The translations under genes and the position numbers were made by a program. Under the pieces are notes generated by a model. The model saw only the letters and a program-made list of their open reading frames with translations, searched no databases and had not been told where the DNA came from. Below, one piece after another: positions 28,552-38,901 of a stretch of 64,000 nucleotides of DNA. Source of the DNA: a virus (lineage: Duplodnaviria; Heunggongvirae; Uroviricota; Caudoviricetes); IMG/VR virus record IMGVR_UViG_3300012573_000004. One strand, written 5' to 3'. Position 1 is the first letter of the stretch, and each line of letters opens with the position of its first letter.

Positions 28552-30114
28552 TTAAAAGACAGGTGGGCTTTCTGTGGTTGATATGGTAAATCCAAGAGTT
28601 TTATACAGGCTTCCATCAGAAACTGTATTGTCAGAAAATGTCACAATCTTTTCCAAACCATATTCTCTTGCGTAAGACATACCCTTTTTAAGAAGTTTTC
28701 CCATCCCTCCTACTACCACACAAGAGGTTACATACCTATCAAGGTAGAGGATGTTTTTATTCTTTCTCCAAGAAGACACAGCAACTAGATCACCACCTTG
28801 ATCATAGAGACCAATGTATTTACTTCCCTGTGATCTTCCTTGAATGTGGTATTTATCTAGGAAATCTCGTGCTGTAGCAAAATCCACAGAATCAGAAAAT
28901 GTATTTCTAGCATACACCTTTCTATCTTGAGATACTCCAAGTTTATGAGAAATCATAGATTCTACTATTTTTCTTCTCAACATCCAGTCATCTTCCCATA
29001 CCACAATCAACTGAATGCCTTTATCTGCACAAAGCTTCCACTTGATAATGTGCTTATCTTTGGTTTTTCCTACCTTTTCACTGTGCCAATAAAGACCATT
29101 GAACTCTATGGCCAAGTTGTGATCCGGAATATAAATATCTAACTCATGAGTTCTTAAAGCAGATCTATCAGAGGTTTTTACTCCTACTTCTTGTGGAAGT
29201 ATAGATTTAACAAAATCAGCAACTTCAGTCTCCATGGTAGATACCTTCTTGCAACAACGAGGGCATCCACTACCTCCTGTCCTGCCACTTATGATGGCTT
29301 TCCAACTGTGTCCATTCTCACATTTCCACCATACTTTTTTGGTTGATTTAGCAGCAACATCATGTGGTGTGAGAGGAAGATTCTTGCTGGTATCCCATTC
29401 TTTAGATAGTTCTGGGAAAAGAGTAGCAATGTCATTGTCTCCAGGTAATACCTTTTGCCCCACACATACTGGACATCCACTTTTATTCATTGACCTATGG
29501 TAAATAGAAGCTTTATAGCTATGATTTTTCTTTGGACATAACCACCATACTTTTTTATGTGTTCCATAACTATAAGATTCAGGTAGTAAATCATTTTTAT
29601 CATAATCCCATTCTTTTATAAGATCAGGGAATCGTGTTTTAAGATCTGTTTCTCCTACAATCACCCTGTTTCCAGAACAGTAAGGACACCCTGTTCCACC
29701 TGAAACACGAGAGGAGATTTTGGTTTCCCATTCATGCCCCCTATCACATATCCACCACACCTTCTTCCCAGAACTTTGCACTACCTCTTGAGGTTTTAAG
29801 TCATTCCTTTTATAATTCCACTGTGATGCAATTTTAGGATGAATGTATGCAAAGTCATTAAATCCTTGCAAAACTTTCTTCCCTGCACAATAAGGACAGT
29901 TTCTCCCACTTGCCCTACTTTTAATGACAGCAGCCCAACTATGACCTTTATCACATTTCCACCATGCCTTCTTATGCGATCCAGGAAGTACTTGATTAGG
30001 AGAAATGGTATTTTTATCATCATCCCATTGTTGAGCAAGATAAGGATGTAAATAGACAAGGTTATTTTTGCTTGTTACACTCCTGCTTGGTTTAGAAATG
30101 ATATCATTTTCCAT
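28552..30114 (-). CDS. Five tandem treble-clef zinc-ribbon repeats, a Vsr/PD-(D/E)xK-like endonuclease domain, and a GNAT-like C-terminus
   Basis: Five repeats of W(D/N)x(x)KN...P....GS.KK(A/V)WW.C..GH.W.A.I..R..G.GCP.C.G. Then DIYIPDHNLAIEFNGLYWHSE (Vsr/DUF559-like 'EfDG..WH'). Confidence 0.6.
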   Translation of the reverse strand: MENDIISKPSRSVTSKNNLVYLHPYLAQQWDDDKNTISPNQVLPGSHKKAWWKCDKGHSWAAVIKSRASGRNCPYCAGKKVLQGFNDFAYIHPKIASQWNYKRNDLKPQEVVQSSGKKVWWICDRGHEWETKISSRVSGGTGCPYCSGNRVIVGETDLKTRFPDLIKEWDYDKNDLLPESYSYGTHKKVWWLCPKKNHSYKASIYHRSMNKSGCPVCVGQKVLPGDNDIATLFPELSKEWDTSKNLPLTPHDVAAKSTKKVWWKCENGHSWKAIISGRTGGSGCPRCCKKVSTMETEVADFVKSILPQEVGVKTSDRSALRTHELDIYIPDHNLAIEFNGLYWHSEKVGKTKDKHIIKWKLCADKGIQLIVVWEDDWMLRRKIVESMISHKLGVSQDRKVYARNTFSDSVDFATARDFLDKYHIQGRSQGSKYIGLYDQGGDLVAVSSWRKNKNILYLDRYVTSCVVVGGMGKLLKKGMSYAREYGLEKIVTFSDNTVSDGSLYKTLGFTISTTESPPVF

Positions 30115-30277
30115 TAATATTTTTCCTTTATATTTAGTATATTTTTTGATATTCCTCTTATAGAGGATAAATCTCTATGTGCTGCTAATCATATAGTTCC
30201 ATTGTAGCATAAAGAAAAACCCTAGAACAAACATCAACATGCTCTAGGGTTAATATTGCAACTGCATTAACTACTTA

Positions 30278-31159
30278 TTAAACACGAGAGAATTCAGCAA
30301 TGTAGTTATCATTGCTAGACTGCATACAAGTAATAAAGACAAGACGATTAGGCTTCTTCTCATTCCAAATATCTTTGTCTCGTGCAATCAGACCTTTACC
30401 AGCACGGTGAGACTTCTCAAACTTAAACTTAATTCCGCCAACCTCAATAATATCACCAGGGTTAAGCTTAGATTCTCTGCTTACAGGATCATAAAGCCAG
30501 TTTCCTGGTGCTAGTCCTGATAGTGCTCTACCATCAGGAGTGGTGTCGAGCGCATGAGCCGCCAGGTAGGACGTACCTTGTGAGGTCTTATCATACTTCA
30601 CACCACGGTTTTTAATCCAGAACACAGAAGTAAAATTTGTTGGCTCAATGGTTCCGTTTTTTGGCTCCACCAAGGATCCCAATGCAAAATCAGCATTCAA
30701 GGAAGGGATCTTTACTCTTTTACCAGTATTGGAAATCTGTTTCATTTCCTTAGCACTAGGCTTCCTATCAGTCTGCGCTGGGGTGCTTCCCCTGCGATGA
30801 GTATTCTTGTCCCTTTTATTCTTGTTCTTATTATCATTGTGAGGAGATGAGCTGCTATCTCCTCGTCCTGGAAGATCTGAGTGATTAACTGGGTTTCCTA
30901 GAAGATCCACATTCTGGTTAGGATCGTCATCTTTATCTTGTCTTCCTACAGGTGCATCTTTTACTGCTGTTAGCTGTGAAGAATCTTCAGGCACTGTCAC
31001 AGCATTAAATTGGGCACCTGCATTATTAGATACCTCTTGACCCTTATCTGACTTCATAAACATTGTTACTGATCCAACAATAACCAAAATAGCCACCATG
31101 GCTACAGCAATGATGATTGCCAGAGTCTTTTTCTCTTTTGCTCCAATTTTTGATGACAT
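30278..31159 (-). CDS. Membrane-anchored sortase-family transpeptidase (class E/F-like)
   Basis: N-terminal TM LAIIIAVAMVAILVIVGSV. Catalytic His in TSYLAAHAL. Cys in LVFITCMQS. Arg in NYIAEFSRV near the C-terminus. Confidence 0.6.
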   Translation of the reverse strand: MSSKIGAKEKKTLAIIIAVAMVAILVIVGSVTMFMKSDKGQEVSNNAGAQFNAVTVPEDSSQLTAVKDAPVGRQDKDDDPNQNVDLLGNPVNHSDLPGRGDSSSSPHNDNKNKNKRDKNTHRRGSTPAQTDRKPSAKEMKQISNTGKRVKIPSLNADFALGSLVEPKNGTIEPTNFTSVFWIKNRGVKYDKTSQGTSYLAAHALDTTPDGRALSGLAPGNWLYDPVSRESKLNPGDIIEVGGIKFKFEKSHRAGKGLIARDKDIWNEKKPNRLVFITCMQSSNDNYIAEFSRV

Positions 31160-31384
31160 TATACTTTGTGTCCCTCTCTTAGTGTTGTCCTTGTGCTTAT
31201 AAGTATTATACTTTATTTCCTATTATCTTCTCATATTAAGAAGCGTTTACACAAAACTACATTTCTCTCTCAATACAAAAAGATGATCTTCCATACCTGT
31301 ATAGAGTACAACATAGAATCAAGAAAAAGAAAAAGCCACAAAGAAAAGTCATCCTTTGTGGCTTTTTATACAAGCTATCTTTCC

Positions 31385-32503
31385 TTAGTTGTTATCAGAA
31401 GATACTTCCTTGTTGTTATTGTCATCAATGGAAAGAGACTTCTTTAGCTCATTGAGAACAGTGGTGGAAGAAACAGCTAGAGTAGAAAGAGTCTTAGTGA
31501 TATCCTTGTCATCTCCTACAATGGTGAGGTTGGAGTTGGAAAGAGACTTTCCTAGAGACTCCATGATTTCTGGAAGGTACTTAATCATCTCAGCTTGCAA
31601 GGTAACAGAGTTGGAAGAAGACAGTGCTTCTGCTTCCAGCTTGGTAGCCTTTGCCTTGGTTTCTGCAGCAATAGTATCTCGTTTAGATTCTGCTTCTGCT
31701 AACTTGACAATATCAGCTTCATACTCAGCTTGCTTAAGCTCAGCTTCAGCCTGACGGAGCTTGGTTTGTTCTCGTGTCACAGAAAGCTTCTCACGTGCTT
31801 CTGCTAATGGACCTGATTGTTCTGCTTCAGCTCGTGCCTTAGCGGTTTCTACAGTGTTCTGTGAGGTCTTGAGATCAGTTTCTTTCTGGTTTTCAGAAAT
31901 ATCCCTATCAGCTTCTAGCTGTGCTCTACGAATTCGTGCTTGGGAAGCTGCATCTTCCCGTGCTGCATTTTCTGCCACACGAATAAGCTCAGGCTTGGAA
32001 AGGTTCTGGATATGTCCATTATCATCTGTGACACCATTGATCTGGAAAGAATCAATCTTCCAGCCAAATTCTGACATTTTCACTGATACTTCTTCCATGA
32101 CAGAGACAGCTAAAGCCATGCGATCATTGATGATTTGCTCTACTGACAATCCACCAATGAGACCTCGTGTTGCACCCTCAAATACATCAGCTGCTGCTTT
32201 TTCAATGTCATCATCACTATAGTTAAGGAATTTTGCTGCAGCCCTGGTAATACCTTCAATAGAACGTTCTACAGAAAAGACCACAGTAGCAGAGACTTTG
32301 ATCTCCACATTGTCCTTTGTCTGTGCTAGAAGTTTAAAGCTAACATTGTGTGCATCTGTGCGAAAACGCTCCACCCTGTGAAGCAGTGGAACAACCCACG
32401 TTCCTGAACCTACCACTACCTTGAATGGTTGCTTAGGATCTCTTTTGCCAAATCCACCTGTGATGATAATGGCTTCTGTAGCCTTTGGAGTGATAAAAAA
32501 CAT
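31385..32503 (-). CDS. Flotillin-like SPFH/band-7 protein (YqiK/FloT-like)
   Basis: SPFH domain (VVPLLHRVERFRTDAHNVSF...). Long Ala/Glu-rich coiled coil (AEAELKQAEYEADIVKLAEAESK). SD aaaggaaaacaATG. Confidence 0.7.
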   Translation of the reverse strand: MFFITPKATEAIIITGGFGKRDPKQPFKVVVGSGTWVVPLLHRVERFRTDAHNVSFKLLAQTKDNVEIKVSATVVFSVERSIEGITRAAAKFLNYSDDDIEKAAADVFEGATRGLIGGLSVEQIINDRMALAVSVMEEVSVKMSEFGWKIDSFQINGVTDDNGHIQNLSKPELIRVAENAAREDAASQARIRRAQLEADRDISENQKETDLKTSQNTVETAKARAEAEQSGPLAEAREKLSVTREQTKLRQAEAELKQAEYEADIVKLAEAESKRDTIAAETKAKATKLEAEALSSSNSVTLQAEMIKYLPEIMESLGKSLSNSNLTIVGDDKDITKTLSTLAVSSTTVLNELKKSLSIDDNNNKEVSSDNN

Positions 32504-32752
32504 TGTTTTCCTTTCTTTTATGATATATTTTTCATCAGTTAAATACATAGTACTGGATATAGACTGAAAGATCAACAAAAACACATAAAAGCATAATGAA
32601 ATAGTAATGTGGTATTATATGCTTAAAGACTTATATGTGATTGTAATCACATATGCAATATGGTCTTGTTTTTCAGTATAATAGCAGTCTAGTTATAATA
32701 AACCTTAGAAAAAACCATTGAATAAATAGTACTTGCAGAAAGGGATACACCT

Positions 32753-33211
32753 ATGAACTCTCCTAGTGCATCGCTGCGCACTCTTGCTGCAAAGGGTCTA
32801 GTTCCTTTGTCTTTAGTTGCAGCTCTTGTTACTGGAAACCCTACTGTTTCTGCACAAGAAACCACCTCTTATAATAAAAATTACAGCTTTTCCCAAGAGG
32901 AAAAACCACAGGACAAAAAGCCTTCTTATTCTTTTGGAGCTAAACTCTTTGCTCCTTCTTCTTTTGATGGCCATGCTGGAATGTGGGTAGGTAGAAATCT
33001 ATCTACTACATCATCTAAAGATATGAACATACCTCAGCTTCATGAGTATTTTGTCTCCAATGAAGGTGTCTTGTATAAAACCACTATTACTTCTGGAAAA
33101 AACACTATAGATGAAAAACACACTAGTGTTCTTCCTGAAAAGGTATCACAAAGCCTGAGAGAAAAAATGCCTTCTATGCCTGCTGAACTGGTGTTTCAGC
33201 ACTTTTCTTAA
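32753..33211 (+). CDS. Secreted hypothetical protein
   Basis: Signal peptide LAAKGLVPLSLVAALVTGNPTVSAQE. Confidence 0.5.
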   Translation: MNSPSASLRTLAAKGLVPLSLVAALVTGNPTVSAQETTSYNKNYSFSQEEKPQDKKPSYSFGAKLFAPSSFDGHAGMWVGRNLSTTSSKDMNIPQLHEYFVSNEGVLYKTTITSGKNTIDEKHTSVLPEKVSQSLREKMPSMPAELVFQHFS

Positions 33212-33300
33212 AACATAAAAGACACTATGCTACCTCTTTTTAGGGGTAGCATTTTTTTATCTCTTGACAATGTTTTTTCTTCTATGTCATACTATATTCA

Positions 33301-33651
33301 GTGCTTCACACAGCAGGGAAGAATCTTGCTGGATTTAAAAGCACTATGAACTTTGTACAACAACACACTATATCAAGGAGACACCTCGTGTTTAGCTTTA
33401 CTACCCCTGGAATGGAAGAGACTTCTAACGCTATGGAAGACAATCTTGTTGCTTCTGGGGATGACATCACCACCATTGATGATTTTGACTTTGAAGATAT
33501 GGAAGATTCATATGATGATTTTGATGATGTAGAAGAAAATCCATATGAGGAAGAGTACGGTGATCTCAGTGATGAATGGCTAGATGATTGCTATGAAGAC
33601 AACCTTCGCATGAAGTTTTCTCGCAGCGCTCGAAACAATGGTGATTGGTGA
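33301..33651 (+). CDS. Acidic hypothetical protein (start uncertain)
   Basis: ORF with a D/E-rich segment DDFDFEDMEDSYDDFDDVEENPYEEEYGD. Confidence 0.4.
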   Translation: MLHTAGKNLAGFKSTMNFVQQHTISRRHLVFSFTTPGMEETSNAMEDNLVASGDDITTIDDFDFEDMEDSYDDFDDVEENPYEEEYGDLSDEWLDDCYEDNLRMKFSRSARNNGDW

Positions 33652-33657
33652 TATATA

Positions 33658-34362
33658 ATGGCTGGTAAGCCGTCATATAATAAAAAGGATAATGACTATG
33701 TAGATATGCAGCTTTTTACCAAGGAGCATTTTTATCTTTTCCCTGTGATTAAATATGATTACACAGGTGATGATGGTCATATCATTGCAGTATCTTCAGA
33801 AGTTTTTGATGGTGGTCTATCCAACGCTATTGATTACACCCAAGGAAAAGCTCTAGAAGAACAGCAGGTGCAAAAATACACACTGATTACTATTTTACCT
33901 GCTGTTGCTATGGCTTCCTTTATGATTTTATCTGGAGGTATTTTCAACTACATCATTGCTACTGCTTTGATGGTCTCTATCTTTTTGTCTATTAGAAAGT
34001 TCCTTAATGCTGAAGCTTTAGTTACTGTGATGAAAAAGTCTTTTAGAGACAACCGCATTATGGATAAATCTACTGATCTATACAAGATAGCAACAGTAAA
34101 AGAAATACAATCTTTTAACTGTCCCATGGATGTTTCTGAAAATCTCCATCAGATTCCACGCAAAGTATGGGAAGAAGCTGGCTTGGGAACATATTTTGCT
34201 CCTCAAGATATGTTTTCCATCATTGTTTTAATCGCTCTATCTTCCCCTGTAACACACAATGAAGCTGTAAAAATAGTAGAAGATATGATTTATGCCACTG
34301 AAGAAGAAAAAATGAAATGCATTGACAAGCTTTTAGCGCTTATCATGCAGAAAGTAGATTAA
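33658..34362 (+). CDS. Membrane protein (two TM helices)
   Basis: ORF. Terminator follows. Confidence 0.5.
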   Translation: MAGKPSYNKKDNDYVDMQLFTKEHFYLFPVIKYDYTGDDGHIIAVSSEVFDGGLSNAIDYTQGKALEEQQVQKYTLITILPAVAMASFMILSGGIFNYIIATALMVSIFLSIRKFLNAEALVTVMKKSFRDNRIMDKSTDLYKIATVKEIQSFNCPMDVSENLHQIPRKVWEEAGLGTYFAPQDMFSIIVLIALSSPVTHNEAVKIVEDMIYATEEEKMKCIDKLLALIMQKVD

Positions 34363-34410
34363 AAAAACACCCTCTTGAAGAAAAATATTTCTTCAAGAGG
34401 GTGTTTCTTA
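34361..34410. terminator. Bidirectional terminator (acaccctcttgaag/cttcaagagggtgt, A-run plus T-run) between convergent genes
   Basis: Read in the sequence. Confidence 0.8.
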
Positions 34411-34419
34411 TTTATCTAG

Positions 34420-35922
34420 TTAAAAGAATATCTTTTTCACTTTGTCTAGGAAAGATACATTAACCTTTCCACCTGTATTAACTTTAGGTCCTACATTAGT
34501 AGAAATGTCTTCTTTCTTCACAGGTTCAGGTTTATTTATGTCCCTTGATACTTTTTCCTTATGAAAAGTATCATTGTCTTCTTCATCTTCTGTATCATTT
34601 ACTGATGCTGAGAGATCATCTCGTGAAATTTCTCCTTCAGCTGGTTGTGGGGGTTGTATGGTATAGCCATCATCACTATCCTTGCTGGTAGAGGTTGTGG
34701 GTTGGTCAGAATCTGTGTGGCTATCCTCTGTAGATGAAGGAAATGTAGTCTGGCTGGGAGTGGCACTATCTGCATGAGAAGACACTACAGAAGGGGATTC
34801 TTTCTTTGCATTATCATCATCTCCCTGTGGTGGAACTACTGATGGTGATGAGTCAGGAGAAGGATTATTATCTCCTGAGGAAGGCTTATCTTTGTCACCT
34901 GAGGAGGGCTTATCTTTATCTCCTGGAGAAGGCTTGTTATCTCCTGGTGAAGGTTTATCTTTGTCACCTGAGGAAGGCTTATCTTTGTCTCCTGGAGAAG
35001 GCTTGTTATCTCCTGGGGATGGTTTATTATCATCAGAGGATGGTTTATCTTTGTCATCAGGGGAGGGCTTGTTGTCATTTGTATCTTTGTCACCAATGGT
35101 ATTGACAAATACCTCTTTCCCTACTGTCTTTTCAATCCACTCTTTATACTCAGAAACAGGCATGTACATAGTCTTCTTATTTCCTACTGGATCCACACCT
35201 TTTGGAGTTGCTCCAAAGGAAAGAACACCATAGAGTGTATCATTGATAACAAATGGTCCTCCAGAATCCCCTACTGTAGAAATTCCTTTTTTGAAAATAA
35301 CAGGATTAACGTTCATTCCTGGATTAAACTCATCATCTTTTTCTGTCTTATAAGACATTGTTCCATCCAGAGTGTTAAGTTTTTCCAATTTATCCTTTTT
35401 ACCTGGTCCCCAGCCATATCCTTTTCCTTCAGTGTTTTTATTGATGACACCTTCTTGCAGCTTCATAGGGGTAATATTGCTTGCAGGTTTATCAAGGTGA
35501 AATAACGCCATGTCCCTATCTGAAGAGTAGGTCTTTACATTGTCTACTTTATAAACAGGCTGTGATTTGGCACTAGTTCCAAAAGAAATATCTGAATACC
35601 ACTTATCTATTCCACCTTTAGGAATACAATGCTGTGCTGTTAACACCCACTGTGGTGCAACCAAAGTTCCAGAACAAGTCAGAGTATGAATTTTAGGTTT
35701 TTTATCATCTATATCTTCCTTATTTTTCATAAAAATTCGTGCTACTGCACTAGTGGTATCATTATCTGGTGCATCTGTAGAAGAAACCATTGCTGATGCT
35801 GGTGCTATAGAAGCTGTTAGTGCAATAGCAGCTACAGTAGAAGCTGTGTATATTGTGTGTTGTGAAGGCATAAAGAGTAGTCCTTTTTCTAGATGTTGTG
35901 CATTTCTATGCAAATTTTTCAC
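34420..35922 (-). CDS. Secreted trypsin-like serine protease with a (D/N)KPSPGDKDKPSSGD repeat linker and a C-terminal TGG tag (GPKVNTGGKVNVSFLDKVKKIFF)
   Basis: Signal peptide. His motif TAQHC. Ser motif GDSGGPFV. Tandem-repeat linker. Conserved C-terminal tag. Confidence 0.8.
   Translation of the reverse strand: MKNLHRNAQHLEKGLLFMPSQHTIYTASTVAAIALTASIAPASAMVSSTDAPDNDTTSAVARIFMKNKEDIDDKKPKIHTLTCSGTLVAPQWVLTAQHCIPKGGIDKWYSDISFGTSAKSQPVYKVDNVKTYSSDRDMALFHLDKPASNITPMKLQEGVINKNTEGKGYGWGPGKKDKLEKLNTLDGTMSYKTEKDDEFNPGMNVNPVIFKKGISTVGDSGGPFVINDTLYGVLSFGATPKGVDPVGNKKTMYMPVSEYKEWIEKTVGKEVFVNTIGDKDTNDNKPSPDDKDKPSSDDNKPSPGDNKPSPGDKDKPSSGDKDKPSPGDNKPSPGDKDKPSSGDKDKPSSGDNNPSPDSSPSVVPPQGDDDNAKKESPSVVSSHADSATPSQTTFPSSTEDSHTDSDQPTTSTSKDSDDGYTIQPPQPAEGEISRDDLSASVNDTEDEEDNDTFHKEKVSRDINKPEPVKKEDISTNVGPKVNTGGKVNVSFLDKVKKIFF
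34842..35097. repeat. In-frame tandem repeat (about 21-24 bp units) encoding KPSPGD(N/K)DKPSSGD
   Basis: Repeated DNA. Antisense frames give the spurious ORFs 34806..35105, 34836..35108 and 34892..35233. Confidence 0.7.
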
Positions 35923-36033
35923 ATAGTTTTTCCTATTCTAGGATACATTTTTATCCTTGTTTTTGCTGGGATGAGAAAAACCCCTGAATCCTTATAACAG
36001 GAAACAGAGGTTTGATTCTATAAAACTACAACA

Positions 36034-37314
36034 TTAAAAGAGTTGTTTTACCTTTGCAAAAAATGATTTACCTTGTACCTTTCCACCAGTCTTTACTGTT
36101 GGTCCTACAGCTTCCTCTTCTGCAGAATCATTGACACTATTTCTGTCTTCTGTGCTGTCTACTGTAGAACCACCTTCAGTGGTATTTCCTGCAGTAGCAC
36201 TTCCTGTAGTGGTACTTCCTGCAGCAGTGTTTCCTGCGGCAGTGTTCCCTGTGGTAGTAACCCCTGGAACAGTTCCATTGCCAACAACAACAGCTTCATC
36301 AGTATCTTCAGGAGGGTTAATCACTGTTGCATCAGTTACCTTGGAGTCATCTACTTGTGTCCCTTTATTTGTGGAAGACTTATGAGAAGTTGATGGTTTT
36401 GCTGTTTGTGATGTAGAAGGTTGGGAAGACTCATCCTCACTAGGAGTGTCTCCATTGGAGGTGTCTTCCTTAGTGGGAACTTCTGCATCAACAGTTCCAC
36501 CATCTTCTTGTGGTTGTGCATTACCAGAATCTTCCCCTGATGCAGTTACAAAACTATCATTTTGTTCAATGGTTTTTTCAATCCATTCTTTGTATTGAGC
36601 TACAGGCATATATAGTCCATGAGATATTTCTCCCTTGTCAGGAATAGTTGCCATAGACAAAACGCCATATACTGTGTCATCTATAATAAATGGAGATCCA
36701 GAGTCACCCTTTGCAGAATGGCCACCATCAAAGATTACCTCATTAGTGTCCATGTCTTTAAATGGTCCACCATGAACAGCTTCTGGAAGCATTGTTCCAT
36801 TGAGGGTATTGAGAGCTTTGAGTCGTGGTTCATCTATAGGCTTTCCCCATCCATAAGCTTGTCCCTGCTTTTCTTCTTGTATAACACTATCCCAAAGCTT
36901 CAACGGGGTGATATTTCTTACTGGTTTATCTAAATGGAATAGAGCCATATCATCTTGATCAGAGTGCATTTTAACATCATCTATTTTGTACTCTTGTCCA
37001 TCATCAGTGGTCCCAAAAGTAGCAACCCCAGAATACTTATCTAGTCCTTCTTTAACACAGTGTGCAGCAGAAAGAATCCATTGTGGAGCAATCAAAGTTC
37101 CTGTACAAGATGTAACATGCACAATCCCACTACCATTGGCTTGTACTGCATCTATTTCAGCTTTATCACTTAGCTGGATGTGTGTTATAGCATTAGTAGT
37201 ATCATTAGCTTCTGCATTAGTATCACTGACTAGAGCTTGTGCAGGAATGGCCATAGTTGTCAATGCTAATGCTGCTGTTGCAGAAGCTGTAGCCATTTTT
37301 GTTTTATAACCCAT
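36034..37314 (-). CDS. Secreted trypsin-like serine protease with a Thr/Ala/Gly-rich linker and a C-terminal TGG tag (GPTVKTGGKVQGKSFFAKVKQLF)
   Basis: Signal peptide. His motif SAAHC. Ser motif GDSGSPFI. Tag. Confidence 0.8.
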   Translation of the reverse strand: MGYKTKMATASATAALALTTMAIPAQALVSDTNAEANDTTNAITHIQLSDKAEIDAVQANGSGIVHVTSCTGTLIAPQWILSAAHCVKEGLDKYSGVATFGTTDDGQEYKIDDVKMHSDQDDMALFHLDKPVRNITPLKLWDSVIQEEKQGQAYGWGKPIDEPRLKALNTLNGTMLPEAVHGGPFKDMDTNEVIFDGGHSAKGDSGSPFIIDDTVYGVLSMATIPDKGEISHGLYMPVAQYKEWIEKTIEQNDSFVTASGEDSGNAQPQEDGGTVDAEVPTKEDTSNGDTPSEDESSQPSTSQTAKPSTSHKSSTNKGTQVDDSKVTDATVINPPEDTDEAVVVGNGTVPGVTTTGNTAAGNTAAGSTTTGSATAGNTTEGGSTVDSTEDRNSVNDSAEEEAVGPTVKTGGKVQGKSFFAKVKQLF

Positions 37315-37399
37315 GAAAAAAATCCTTCTTTCTCTTATTTTCTATCTCTCTTGTAAAAAATCATGAACTCATGATTGGCAACATGTCTATTGTAGATGT

Positions 37400-38800
37400 T
37401 TACTGTGTTGCATTGTCATAACTGGATGCATGAGCGTTGTGGGTATCTACATCATGGTCATGAGTAACATCTTTTCTCACAGTGCTTTTGTTTCCATAAG
37501 CACTATCTCGTGCAACTTTTTTATGAGAAGAGTTTTTGATTGTCTTGAGACGTTTGTGCAAGCTATCAAATCTCTTACCACTTTTCTTTTCTATTTTGGA
37601 GATTACCTTTTCAGCCAAGGATGCATCAGTTCCTGCCTGAGCATGTGATTGTGCTCCACCTTGTGCTGTTGCATGTGCTGTGTTTTTACCACCAATAGAT
37701 GAAGCATGTGCTGAAGATCGTGATTTGTGTCCCTTATGTGCATGATGAGATGGTTTCTTATTTCCCTTCTTTGCATGATGAGAAGGTTTTTTCCCTGCTG
37801 CTTTAGACTTATGGTGTCCAGATGCAGGCTGAGGAGAAGATACTAGTTTCTCACCTGTAGTCTCGTTAATCCATTTGCCATAAGGAGAAACAAGAGCATA
37901 AAGCACAGTATCAGTAGACTTTTGCCCATCATCACCATGAACAACACCCTGAGACAAAATTCCATAAACTTTTCCATTAATAATAAATGGAGATCCAGAA
38001 TCACCATAGGTAGACTGTCCAGAGTTTAATGTAGCACGCTGAGTTTTCATACCTGGTACAGCACTGTCAGTTTCTACCTTGGGTTGAATCTGTGCAATAT
38101 CAGCAGTGAGATTTTCTGCTTCTGCAGGCACGCCTTGATCATCTACATCACCCCATCCATACACAGAACCAGGGGTAGGAGATTTGACTATGCGGGAAGA
38201 AATCTTTAATGGTTGTGCAGCAGAAGGAGTACTAAGATGAAGAAGGGAAAGATCTACCTTGTCATTGTTGACAACACTATCTACCTCAATTTTATCTGTA
38301 GATTCTGGTGTTTCTCCCAAAGTTACTTCAGAAAATGCTTCTTGTTTATCTACACAGTGTTTTGCTGTAAGAATCCACTCAGGAGCAATGAGAACACCTG
38401 TACAAATAGTAGAACCATATCCTTGACCTGAAGAAATATCATCAGAGTCAGAGGAATCATCAGAAGAATCATCAGTAGAATCTTCCTTATTGTCCTCATC
38501 TTTTACTTCATCAGAATCTTCTTTGTTATCATCATTGTTGCTTGAATCTTCTGAAGATTTTTCATCTGAAGATGTTTCATCTTCTTCATTGGCATAGTTT
38601 TCTGTTTCTTTATCCCCAGTACCAGATTCCTTATTGCTATCTTCTGGGAATGTTGTTTCAACTCTAGCAATAGCACCAACATTTTCTTGATTTTTAGGCT
38701 GAGAGCCATCAACAATAGCAAAAGCAGGTGAAGCAACAACACTTGTTGTTACCACACCTGCACATAGTGCTGCTACATATCTAGACATGTGCTTAGTCAT
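37400..38800 (-). CDS. Secreted trypsin-like serine protease with an acidic N-terminal low-complexity region and a basic His/Lys-rich C-terminal region
   Basis: Signal peptide. His motif TAKHC. Ser motif GDSGSPFI. No TGG tag. Confidence 0.8.
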   Translation of the reverse strand: MTKHMSRYVAALCAGVVTTSVVASPAFAIVDGSQPKNQENVGAIARVETTFPEDSNKESGTGDKETENYANEEDETSSDEKSSEDSSNNDDNKEDSDEVKDEDNKEDSTDDSSDDSSDSDDISSGQGYGSTICTGVLIAPEWILTAKHCVDKQEAFSEVTLGETPESTDKIEVDSVVNNDKVDLSLLHLSTPSAAQPLKISSRIVKSPTPGSVYGWGDVDDQGVPAEAENLTADIAQIQPKVETDSAVPGMKTQRATLNSGQSTYGDSGSPFIINGKVYGILSQGVVHGDDGQKSTDTVLYALVSPYGKWINETTGEKLVSSPQPASGHHKSKAAGKKPSHHAKKGNKKPSHHAHKGHKSRSSAHASSIGGKNTAHATAQGGAQSHAQAGTDASLAEKVISKIEKKSGKRFDSLHKRLKTIKNSSHKKVARDSAYGNKSTVRKDVTHDHDVDTHNAHASSYDNATQ

Positions 38801-38901
38801 GGGTAAATCACACCTTCATGGATAGAAAAACATTTTTCCTTGATATTTTAGCAGGTTGAAGGTGTGATTAGAGTTGCCTTGCTTTTTGCTGTGTATCTTT
38901 T

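Noticed and set aside
31389-32222. ORFs 31389..31754(+) and 31761..32222(+), Ser/Ala-rich
   Set aside because: Antisense to the flotillin gene's Ala/Glu-rich coiled-coil region. The composition bias creates long open antisense frames.
34806-35233. ORFs 34806..35105(+), 34836..35108(-) and 34892..35233(+)
   Set aside because: Antisense or alternative frames through the KPSPGDKDK repeat of protease gene 34420..35922. Artefacts.
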